Shown here one piece after another: positions 25,401-32,815 of a stretch of DNA of 32,815 bases. The stretch comes from Actinomycetota bacterium (GTDB lineage: Bacteria; Actinomycetota; Thermoleophilia; Gaiellales; Gaiellaceae), in the NCBI GenBank assembly GCA_040007455.1, contig JBDTVA010000001.1:1-32815 (forward strand). The letters are read 5' to 3'. Position numbers and translations under genes: made by a program. Position 1 is the stretch's first letter, and every line of letters starts with the position of its first letter. The notes below the pieces were generated by a model. That model saw only the letters and a program-made list of their open reading frames with translations. It was not told the origin of the DNA and searched no databases.

Positions 25401-25724
25401 TGGGTCTTCGACCTCGCTGTCGCGCTGGGGCAAATGGGCAGCGGGCCAGAGCTGGCGCACGCGACGAGTGCGACGCCGTCCACCCGTTGGCTCGAGGCGG
25501 CGCTCGCCTATGCCGAGGGAGACTTCGGCCGTGCGGTCGACGTCTGCGGTGAGATCGGGGCGCTGCCGGAAGAGGCGTACGCCTGCCTCGCCGCGGCCGA
25601 CGTCGCGCTCGCCGAGGGGGGGCGGGCAGAGGCTGAGGCCCAACTCGCCGGCGCCCTCGCGTTCTACCGCCGAGTGGGCGCTGCCTCGTACAGTCGAAGG
25701 GCCGAAGCTCTTCTCGCCAGGTAG
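22416..25724 (+). CDS. multidomain STAND-type protein: zinc ribbon + class III adenylate/guanylate cyclase domain + P-loop NTPase + TPR-like helical repeats
   Basis: Shows a zinc ribbon (CRQCGSELPEGARFCPACG) and cyclase motifs (VTVLFADLVDSTGL, EKFVGDAVMAVFGAP, VRIGVSTGDAVV). Walker A is LIGVPGIGKSRL and Walker B is LVLVVEDLHWAD, followed by about 500 aa of Ala/Leu-rich helical repeats. ATG 22416 has GGAG upstream. The first 357 codons of the track ORF overlap the enolase-like gene in another frame. Confidence 0.9.
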   Translation: MAACRQCGSELPEGARFCPACGTAVGRRHGEERKVVTVLFADLVDSTGLGDGRDPEELRAVMRPHLTQMRAAIERHGGTFEKFVGDAVMAVFGAPVAHEDDPERAIRAALAIRDAVRGVRIGVSTGDAVVQLDATSGAGEGIATGDVVTTTFRIQEAADLDSVLVGELTYRATQGAIEFGERRLLQARGKVEPVPVYEALRATADLRASHEGSPLAPLVGRREELSLILDTLSRARRDRTVQLVTLIGVPGIGKSRLVWELQRALQDEPGLVTWRRGRCLPYGEGVTFWALGEMVKAQAGILETDDAATAEAKLYRAVRDLVADPREAEWVEGHLRLLLALDAPAGERREEAFAAWRRLFEALSARRPLVLVVEDLHWADEGLLDFLDHLADWATSAPLVLICTSRPELRERRPMWGARANAVTIALAPLSDDETGTLVGYLLRQTLVPDEFREALLARAEGNPLYAEEFVRMLVDRGFLYRNGGGWQLREGELPLPESVQGIIAARIDALQTDEKLVLQDAAVIGRGFWPDAVAAVGDLERAEVGHILRSLEQKELVRRLGTSAVAGELQYSFRHALVRDVAYGQIPRAERTRRHLLAATWIESLGRREDHAETLAHHYLAAVEYAEAGGQESASFASRAQRALREAGDRALSLSAFSTAAQFFQGALDLWPEDDSERPLVLFCLGKALSRSAAPDEGVLEDARDALLAAGDIDRAAECDVIVGELLWRSGQRERAFERMNAGVERLEGRPASYSKAYALSTLSRFKIAADDAEAAIELARAAMEIAEELELDDLRAHTLNTVGVARATRGDREGLTDLERSIEIAVGASSPESIRGYFNLGSMQANFGDLRRAAELHTQARALADRYGDAAWTDWLEAERVYQHYWAGEWDEAQKLAERLLAKVRDGATGRLELDGSLVSGWIALARGDVDSAVVNADRAHAFSRIADDPQNLYPALAFRARALLEAGRSTEAAQNVEELLGALAATPSLPSFWVFDLAVALGQMGSGPELAHATSATPSTRWLEAALAYAEGDFGRAVDVCGEIGALPEEAYACLAAADVALAEGGRAEAEAQLAGALAFYRRVGAASYSRRAEALLAR

Positions 25725-25728
25725 CTCG

Positions 25729-25995
25729 CTATCCCTTTTGGCTCTTCCGCTCGCGCGCCGAGAGAAGCTCGACCACGCCTTTCGCCTCCAGCGTTTCCTC
25801 GAGGAACTTCCGAGCGTTGGGGCCCTCGGCCGTCACTCGTGCCTTGTCCTTGCCGTTCTCCCAGCTGATCGCGAGTACGTTCGCGCCTTGAGGTGCCTCC
25901 GCCATGATCGCCTCGCGCACGCACACGGGGTCCCCATTGCAGCGTGCGAGGGCCGGCGGTGACGCCGTGTCGACAACTCCGTTCCAGTGCGGCAA
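25729..25995 (-). CDS. hypothetical small protein (88 aa)
   Basis: TTG 25995 is preceded by GGGAGG with a 4-5 nt spacer. GC3 is high throughout. The gene lies downstream of, and co-oriented with, the acyl-CoA dehydrogenase, and tail-to-tail with the STAND gene across a 4-nt gap. No family recognised. Confidence 0.5.
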   Translation of the reverse strand: MPHWNGVVDTASPPALARCNGDPVCVREAIMAEAPQGANVLAISWENGKDKARVTAEGPNARKFLEETLEAKGVVELLSARERKSQKG

Positions 25996-26085
25996 GTCGC
26001 CTCCCTTCGCCGTGGGGCGATGATTTCACCCCGACGCCTGCTTTCACTCTCCCTCACCGAGGCGCCGGTTGCAAGTGCCTCGTAC

Positions 26086-27327
26086 TCAGCCGCCGGCGGC
26101 GACCGGCGGGCCCGGCTCGCGTGCCAGGAGCGCGGGGCCCCAGGCCGCCAGCGGCGAGATCGCGCCGTCGCGGCCGTTCAGCTGCCGGTAGCCGAGCGCG
26201 TGCTCGGCCTGCATCAGCTTGTGGATCTGCGTCGTGCCCTCGTAGATGATCGGCGCGCGCGCGTTCCGGAAGTAGCGCTCGATCCCGTACTCCGCGCTGT
26301 AGCCGTACGAGCCGTGCACCTGGATCGCGTTGTGCGCGGCCTTGAACGCCGACTCGGTCGCGTGCCACTTCGCGAGTGACGTCTCGCGCGTGTTGCGCAC
26401 GCCCTCGTTCTTCAGCCACGCCGCCTGCATCACGAGCAGCTTCGACGTCTCGTAGTCGAGCACCATCTGCGCGATCAGGTCCTGCACGAACTGGTACTTG
26501 CCGATCGGCTGGCCGAACGTCTGCCGCTCGCGCGCGTACTCGACCGAGCGCTCGAGGCACGCGCGGATCACGCCGCACGCGCCTGCGGCCACGGTGAAGC
26601 GGCCCTGGTCGAGCGAGTACATCGCGATCTCGAAGCCCTGGCCCTCCTCGCCGATCAGGTTCTCCGCCGGCACTTCGACGTTCTCGAAGAAGAGCTCGCC
26701 TGTCGAGCCCGCCCAGATGCCGAGCTTGTGCTCGGTCTCGCGCGACGTGAAGCCCTTCATCCCCTTCTCGAGCACGAACGCGGAGATGCCCTTGTGCTTC
26801 GCGCCGGGATCGGTCTTCGCGAAGACGAGCGCGTGGTCGGCGACGGTTGCGTACGAGATCCAGTTCTTCTGGCCGTTCAGCACGTAGACGTCGCCCTCGC
26901 GGCGCGCGGTCGTGCGCATCGCGGCGACGTCGGAGCCGGCCTCGGGCTCGGTCAGCCCGAAGCACGCGAGCTTCACGCCCTTCGCCTGCGGCGTCAGCCA
27001 GCGCTGCTTCTGCTCCTCGGTGCCGTAGCGCAGGAGCGACAGCGAGTTCAGTCCGACGTGCACCGAGATCAAGGTGCGGAACGCCGCCTCGCCGCGCTCG
27101 ATCTCCTCGCAGGAGAGCGCTTCGGCGACGAAGTCGAGCCCCGCGCCGCCGTACTCCTCCGGGATCACGATCCCCAGCAGCCCGAGCTCGGCCATGCCCT
27201 CGATCAGCTCGAGGTCGAGCTTGTGGTCGATGTCGTTCTGGACCGCGACGGGCAGGACGCGCTCGTCCACGAACGCTCTCACGGTGTCCTGGATCAGCCG
27301 CTGCTCGTCGGTCAGGGTGAAGTCCAT
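26086..27327 (-). CDS. acyl-CoA dehydrogenase
   Basis: The typical ACAD layout is present: MDFTLTDEQ..., CFGLTEPEAGSD, YVLNGQKNWIS and GSYGYSAEYGIERYFRNARAPIIYEGTTQI. There is a ~30-aa C-terminal extension. Confidence 0.92.
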   Translation of the reverse strand: MDFTLTDEQRLIQDTVRAFVDERVLPVAVQNDIDHKLDLELIEGMAELGLLGIVIPEEYGGAGLDFVAEALSCEEIERGEAAFRTLISVHVGLNSLSLLRYGTEEQKQRWLTPQAKGVKLACFGLTEPEAGSDVAAMRTTARREGDVYVLNGQKNWISYATVADHALVFAKTDPGAKHKGISAFVLEKGMKGFTSRETEHKLGIWAGSTGELFFENVEVPAENLIGEEGQGFEIAMYSLDQGRFTVAAGACGVIRACLERSVEYARERQTFGQPIGKYQFVQDLIAQMVLDYETSKLLVMQAAWLKNEGVRNTRETSLAKWHATESAFKAAHNAIQVHGSYGYSAEYGIERYFRNARAPIIYEGTTQIHKLMQAEHALGYRQLNGRDGAISPLAAWGPALLAREPGPPVAAGG

Positions 27328-27387
27328 CGGCAGCCGAGTCTAGTCAGGCACGAGAGCCGCGACGCCGCGTCGCTAGGGTCCTGCTCC

Positions 27388-28263
27388 GTGTCGCTGGCCC
27401 TCACAGCGGCCTCGATGCTGGCCGCCGCGTCGCTGACGCCCCAGCAGCAGGCTGCGGTCGTCGTCGTCTCCGGGCTGCCGGCGCCGCCCGGCGTGGGCGG
27501 GGTGCTCGTGCAGGGCTGGAGCAAGCGGCTGCCGAGGCCGAAGGGGGCGCTCGTCTACGTCGACCAGGAGGGCGGCGGCGTGCGCGCCTTCGAGAACGAC
27601 CCGCCGAGCTCTCCCGCCTCCGCCTACCGGTCGGGCGCTGCCTCCTTCGCGGCCGGGCGGGCGGCCGGGCGCGCGCTGAAGGCGCGCGGGGTGCACGTCG
27701 ACCTCGCGCCTGTCGTCGACCTCGCCGACGGACCGCTCGGCTCGCGCCACTTCCGACGGCCGGAGCACGCAGTCTCCTTCGCGCGCGGGCTCGCCGCGGC
27801 GGGCGTCGCCGCGTGCGCGAAGCACTTCCCCGGCCTCGGCTCGACGCCGATCTCCACCGACGACCGTCCGCACGTCGACGGCACGATCCGCGCTGCCGAG
27901 ATCGCCGCGTTCCGCGCAGCGATCCGCGCCGGCGTGCCATGCGTGATGACGAGCAACGCGTTCTACGACGGTGCGCCGTATCGCGCGTCGATCTCCCCGG
28001 ACACCTACCGGCGGCTGCGCGCGCTCGGCTTCGAAGGCGTCGCGATCACGGATTCGCTCTCGATCGTCAAGTCCGCGCCCGTCGAGCGCTGGGCACGTCA
28101 GGCGATGCTCGCCGGCGCGGACCTCCTGCTCTTCACGAGCGGTGCGCACGCACGCCGCGCGATCGCCGCGCTCCTACCGCTCGCCCGGGAAGGCAAGCTC
28201 GACGCTAGCGTGGAGCGGGTGCTGCGCTTCCGATCCCGGCAGCTACGAGCTCGGCGTCCGTGA
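27388..28263 (+). CDS. glycoside hydrolase family 3 N-terminal-domain protein (NagZ-like beta-N-acetylhexosaminidase)
   Basis: Has DQEGGGV, DLAPVVDL, KHFPGLG and MTSNAFY motifs, with a short signal-like N-terminus. The start is GTG 27388 or ATG 27415. The 3' end overlaps the convergent patatin gene by 59 nt. Confidence 0.78.
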   Translation: MSLALTAASMLAAASLTPQQQAAVVVVSGLPAPPGVGGVLVQGWSKRLPRPKGALVYVDQEGGGVRAFENDPPSSPASAYRSGAASFAAGRAAGRALKARGVHVDLAPVVDLADGPLGSRHFRRPEHAVSFARGLAAAGVAACAKHFPGLGSTPISTDDRPHVDGTIRAAEIAAFRAAIRAGVPCVMTSNAFYDGAPYRASISPDTYRRLRALGFEGVAITDSLSIVKSAPVERWARQAMLAGADLLLFTSGAHARRAIAALLPLAREGKLDASVERVLRFRSRQLRARRP

Positions 28264-29371
28264 GCTCGTAGCCGCGCTGGATCAGCGCGCGCTTCGCAGG
28301 TTCGGTCCACTCCGCGCCGCGGCGAATGCGCGACTCGAGCGCGACGCCTTCCGCTCCCGCTCGCACCGTGATCCGCGGCAGCGCGCGCTCACGCTGAAAT
28401 GGGAACTCTGAGCCGAGCACGCGCTGCTCGACCGCCTGTGCCAGCTCCTCGGACGCACCGTGGTCGCGGACGAGCTGCGGCAGCTCGCGTGCGAGCCGCT
28501 GGAGCTCGTGAATCGACTGGTCGGTCTGATCGGCGTGACGCTCCTCGAGCGCCGTGCCGCGCAGGACCGACAGTCGCATCAGGCGCGTGATCATGTCGAT
28601 GTAGTGCGCGGGTTCGCCGCGACGGTCGCGCGACTCCGCCTCCTCGAGCTCGGCGATGAGCGCGCGCACCGGCGGAACGCGCCGAAACGGACGCAGGCGC
28701 CGCTTGAGCGTCGCGAGCGCGCGCACGTCGAAGCGCGGGTACTCGGGCAGGTAGCGGAACGCGACGATCATCTTCACCTCGGGGCGCGCGTACGCGTGCG
28801 CGAGCGGGAAGTTGCGCGTCCACGCGCCGTCGGTCGCGATCCGGTCGCCGACGCGAAGCGGCAGTACCAGCGTCGAGATCGCCGCGGAGGCGAGGATCGC
28901 CTGCGCCATCACGTCGGGCGGCGTCTCGCGCGACGAGTACGCGAGCTCGAAGTCGTTCTCCGACGCCCGCTCGGTCTGTGTGACGTCGGACGCGAAGACG
29001 ACGAGCTCCCGGTCGGCGTGCGAGAGCTCCTCCGAGAGCGAGACGAGATCGCCGATCTTGCGGTCGATCGTCGCCGGGAGGGTGTACTCGTGCAGGCCGA
29101 TCAGCGGCAGCTGCCAGAGGCGGTTCGGGCGGAACACCTCGTCGGGTCGCAGGCCGATCAGGAACTCCTCGAGCTCGTCGAGGCGGTCGACCGCCGCCAT
29201 CACCCCCGCAAGCGCCCCGGCCGACGTGCCGAAGATCCACCCGACCCTCGGCCACAGCTCGCTCTCGGCCAGGCGCTTCAGGAAGCCGGCCTCCATCAGC
29301 ACCCCGTTGATTGCGCCGCCGGAGAGGACGACGGCGACGTCCCGCTCTTTGCCCACCCCCACAGGATGCAC
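28205..29371 (-). CDS. patatin-like phospholipase family protein
   Basis: Shows the oxyanion motif LSGGAINGV, the nucleophile G-x-S-x-G (GTSAG) and the catalytic Asp motif DGAW. A ~180-aa helical C-terminal region follows. The start is GTG 29371 or GTG 29362. Confidence 0.88.
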   Translation of the reverse strand: MHPVGVGKERDVAVVLSGGAINGVLMEAGFLKRLAESELWPRVGWIFGTSAGALAGVMAAVDRLDELEEFLIGLRPDEVFRPNRLWQLPLIGLHEYTLPATIDRKIGDLVSLSEELSHADRELVVFASDVTQTERASENDFELAYSSRETPPDVMAQAILASAAISTLVLPLRVGDRIATDGAWTRNFPLAHAYARPEVKMIVAFRYLPEYPRFDVRALATLKRRLRPFRRVPPVRALIAELEEAESRDRRGEPAHYIDMITRLMRLSVLRGTALEERHADQTDQSIHELQRLARELPQLVRDHGASEELAQAVEQRVLGSEFPFQRERALPRITVRAGAEGVALESRIRRGAEWTEPAKRALIQRGYELTDAELVAAGIGSAAPAPR

Positions 29372-29390
29372 AGCCTCCAGGATGCACTAC

Positions 29391-29410
29391 GATTGACTGA
29401 CTAGTCAATC
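29391..29410. promoter_or_regulatory. perfect 8-4-8 palindrome, candidate repressor operator
   Basis: GATTGACT-GACT-AGTCAATC lies in the 56-bp divergent patatin/ACAD intergenic region. It is AT-rich against a GC-rich background and sits 18 nt upstream of ATG 29428. Confidence 0.45.
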
Positions 29411-29427
29411 GAACCGAACGGAGCGGC

Positions 29428-30609
<1,182 letters not shown>

Positions 30610-30630
30610 CGCTTTCGCGCGGAATAAAGC

Positions 30631-31461
30631 GTGACTCTCGAAATAGATCTAACGGGCAGGGTTGCTCTCGTAACAGGAGGCTCGCGCGGGCTCGGCCGCG
30701 CCGACGCTCTGACGTTGGCGCGCGCGGGCGCGGACGTCGTGATCGCCGACATCCAGGTCGAGTCCGACGACTCGGACGTCGCGGAGTGGGGGCCGCTCGC
30801 GCAGGTCGCGAAGGCGCAGGGGATCGTCTACACCGAAGCGACCGCGCGCGAGATCCAGGAGCTCGGCCGCCGGGCCGCCGCGATCAAGTGTGACGTGACC
30901 GACCGGGAGCAGGTGGACGCGACGGTCGCGCGCGCCGTCGAGGAGTTCGGCTCGATCGACATCCTCGTCAACAACGCCGGCACGCTCGACCACGCCGCGC
31001 AGTTCCACAACCAGTCGCCCGACCTCTGGCAGCGCGACCTCGACGTCAACCTGACCGGCGCGTTCAACTGCGCGCAGGCGGTCTGGCCCCACATGCGCGA
31101 GCGCGGCTGGGGCCGGATCGTGAACATGGCCTCGGTCGCGGGCACGCTCGGCGGCTTCGGCCAGGCGAGCTACTCGACGACGAAGGCGGGGCTCCTCGGC
31201 CTGACGAAGACCCTCGCGATGGAGGGCGGCCGCCACGGGATCACCTGCAACGCGATCGTGCCCGGGGTGATCGGGACCGAGGCGTTCCACTTCGCGAACG
31301 CCGAGATGAACGAGCGGATCGTCAACCGGACGGTCTTCAAGCGCGCGGGAGACCCCCAGGACGTCGCCAACGCAATTGCCTTCCTCTGCTCCGACCTCGC
31401 CGCCTACATCACCGGCGTCGAGCTCAACGTGAGCGGCGGGATCGAGCTGTTCGCGTTCTGA
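30631..31461 (+). CDS. SDR-family oxidoreductase with an insertion after beta-2
   Basis: Has the cofactor motif TGGSRGLG, then NNAG and the catalytic S...YSTTK (YxxxK). A ~28-aa insertion lies between VVIADI and the next helix. Confidence 0.9.
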   Translation: MTLEIDLTGRVALVTGGSRGLGRADALTLARAGADVVIADIQVESDDSDVAEWGPLAQVAKAQGIVYTEATAREIQELGRRAAAIKCDVTDREQVDATVARAVEEFGSIDILVNNAGTLDHAAQFHNQSPDLWQRDLDVNLTGAFNCAQAVWPHMRERGWGRIVNMASVAGTLGGFGQASYSTTKAGLLGLTKTLAMEGGRHGITCNAIVPGVIGTEAFHFANAEMNERIVNRTVFKRAGDPQDVANAIAFLCSDLAAYITGVELNVSGGIELFAF

Positions 31462-31544
31462 AGAACCCCTTTCATGATGGGGCCTCGTCGTCGCGTCGCC
31501 CAGCGCGGCCCGGCGGCACAGCGCTTTATCGTGAAAGGGGTTCT
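31462..31544. repeat. 83-nt long-stem inverted repeat
   Basis: AGAACCCCTTTCATGAT (31462-31478) pairs with ATCGTGAAAGGGGTTCT (31528-31544). That is 17 bp including one G-U-compatible position on the + strand, around 49 GC-rich nt. It starts 1 nt after the SDR stop. Confidence 0.6.
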
Positions 31545-31578
31545 AGAAGCTGCGCCAGGGGCGGCTACTCTTGCTCCG

Positions 31579-32815
31579 TTGGCGGTCAGGGCGCAGAAGG
31601 GCGTGCTCAACGCGCGTAGGCGACGCGCGCGCTCGCGGCTGCTCTTGCAGGCGCTCGCGGCGGCGGTCGCCGTGGCGCTGGCGCTCGCCGCGCTCTTCGG
31701 CGCGGTCTTCGCCGGCTCGCCCTCGAAGATCCCGGCCGGCGTCACGATCGCGGGGGTCAGCGTCGGTGGGATGACCCCGTCGGCGGCGCAGAAGCTCCTC
31801 GAGCGGCGTGCGGCGGCGCTCGAGAACGTCCCGGTGACCTTTTTCAGCGGCTCGAAGCGCTGGAAGGTTACGCCCCACCGGCTCGGCGTCGAGGCCGACT
31901 GGGCCGCCGCGGTCGACGCAGCGCGGCGCCAGGGGGAGGGCCTGGGCCCGTTGCGCGGGTTCCAGCGCGTACGGGTGCGGGTCTTCGGCGCGGACATCGC
32001 ACCGCCCGCCCAGGTCTACGAGCCGGCGCTCGAGTACCAGCTCGGCCAGATCGCGCTCGAGCTCGACCGGCCCAACCGCGAGGCGGCGATCGTGCTCAAC
32101 GGGCTGAAGCCCGTGCTCGTCGAGGGGCAGGCCGGCCGCAAGCTGAACGCCGAGCGCGCGGCCGCGACGATGGTCGGCGCGCTCGTCTCGCTCTCCCGCG
32201 CGCAGACGCCGCTCCCCGTCGAGGTCGAACGCATCACCGTGACTGCCGACGACCTCCGGCCCGTGCTCGCGCAGACGCGCCGCGCGCTCTCCGCGCCGAT
32301 CCGGCTCGAGCTCGGCAAGACGTGGTGGCGCCTGCGGGAGCCTCGGATCGCGGAGCTGCTCGAGCTTCCGCGCGACGGCTCGCGCTCACTCGGCGTCGGC
32401 GGGCCCCGGGCCGAGGCCTGGTTCGAGCGTTTCGGGGGGCGCGTGGGGCAGCCGCCGATCGACGCAGGCTTTCGATCGACCAGCGATGGGGGCGTCAGGA
32501 TCACCCCGAGCTCCGACGGGCTCAAGCTCGACGTGGCGGCAACGAGCCGCGAGATCCTCGCGGCCGCGCTCGCACCGGGCGCGAGGCGCGTCGGCGACGT
32601 CGTGGTCGCGAAGCACTCGCCGGAGCTGACGACGGAGCGGGCGCACGGCCTCGGGATCACGCGCGTCCTCTCGTCGTACTCGACCTACTACTCCGGAACC
32701 GCCGACAGGATCCACAACCTGCAGCTCGCGGTGAAGCTCCTCGACGGGACGCTCGTCGCGCCTGGCGGCACCTTCTCGCTGAACGAGGCGGTCGGCCCGC
32801 GCACGATCGAGCGCG
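31579..32815 (+). CDS. VanW/YoaR-like protein (N-terminal TM, PG-binding-like repeats, VanW domain), 3' truncated by the window end
   Basis: I translated this by hand because it is absent from the track (there is no stop before the window end). The TM anchor is RRRRARSRLLLQALAAAVAVALALAALFGAVF, followed by GVTIAGVSVGGMTPSAAQKLL. The end reads SSYSTYYSGTADRIHNLQLAVKLLDGTLVAPGGTFSLNEAVGPRT. The start is ambiguous: ATG 31474/31477, GTG 31531, TTG 31579 or GTG 31603. Confidence 0.8.
   Translation, partial: MAVRAQKGVLNARRRRARSRLLLQALAAAVAVALALAALFGAVFAGSPSKIPAGVTIAGVSVGGMTPSAAQKLLERRAAALENVPVTFFSGSKRWKVTPHRLGVEADWAAAVDAARRQGEGLGPLRGFQRVRVRVFGADIAPPAQVYEPALEYQLGQIALELDRPNREAAIVLNGLKPVLVEGQAGRKLNAERAAATMVGALVSLSRAQTPLPVEVERITVTADDLRPVLAQTRRALSAPIRLELGKTWWRLREPRIAELLELPRDGSRSLGVGGPRAEAWFERFGGRVGQPPIDAGFRSTSDGGVRITPSSDGLKLDVAATSREILAAALAPGARRVGDVVVAKHSPELTTERAHGLGITRVLSSYSTYYSGTADRIHNLQLAVKLLDGTLVAPGGTFSLNEAVGPRTIER

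Noticed and set aside
22416-29371. Cyclase plus patatin-like phospholipase as a CBASS-like anti-phage system.
   Set aside because: The cyclase is a class III adenylate/guanylate cyclase domain in a STAND regulator, not a CD-NTase. The patatin gene is 2.5 kb away on the other strand, separated by metabolic genes, and embedded among beta-oxidation genes. No Cap accessory genes are present.

Overview
The window is a very GC-rich chromosomal segment, probably from a high-GC Actinomycetota-like bacterium. It is densely coding and mostly housekeeping or metabolic. I chose frames by GC3 bias, recognisable motifs and RBS placement. Many long ORFs in the track are Arg/Pro/Ala-rich shadow ORFs antisense to real genes, and I rejected them.

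**Gene content, in order:**
- lipoprotein, HAD phosphatase, NAD-dependent DNA ligase LigA, PBP4-type DD-peptidase and a small coiled-coil protein
- a NarL-type orphan response regulator
- a divergent pair of coiled-coil peptidoglycan hydrolases (3D-domain and NlpC/P60)
- a metal-homeostasis cluster: DUF305, small membrane protein, secreted protein and DUF4396, divergent from an HMA-domain protein
- FadD-like acyl-CoA synthetase, and a stand-alone Ku
- an Asp-box propeller with an SCO-like thiol-disulfide protein, then ArsR with a CDF transporter
- a 56-aa protein, alpha/beta hydrolase, MarC, tRNA-Pro(CGG), CoA-binding protein, HAD hydrolase, family III CoA-transferase and TetR
- a secreted protein, an enolase-like protein, and a 1102-aa zinc-ribbon/class III cyclase/P-loop/TPR STAND protein
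- two acyl-CoA dehydrogenases, a GH3 NagZ-like enzyme, a patatin-like lipase, an SDR and a 3'-truncated VanW-like protein

I found no CRISPR, rRNA, transposase, integrase or recognisable defence operon.

**Signals most worth a second look are non-coding or structural:**
1. A mosaic two-module palindromic repeat family, present as three tandem copies at 4.9-5.2 kb and as a diverged copy with an identical 28-mer at 20.8 kb. Both loci sit exactly between convergent genes and abut stop codons.
2. A terminator/antiterminator/anti-antiterminator leader with a 10-codon uORF upstream of the 56-aa gene.
3. A frame discontinuity at the 5' end of the SCO-like gene.
4. A shared AT-rich motif and palindrome upstream of both acyl-CoA dehydrogenase genes.
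5. An 83-nt long-stem inverted repeat between the SDR and VanW genes.

All functional calls come from motif recognition by eye. No database search was run.
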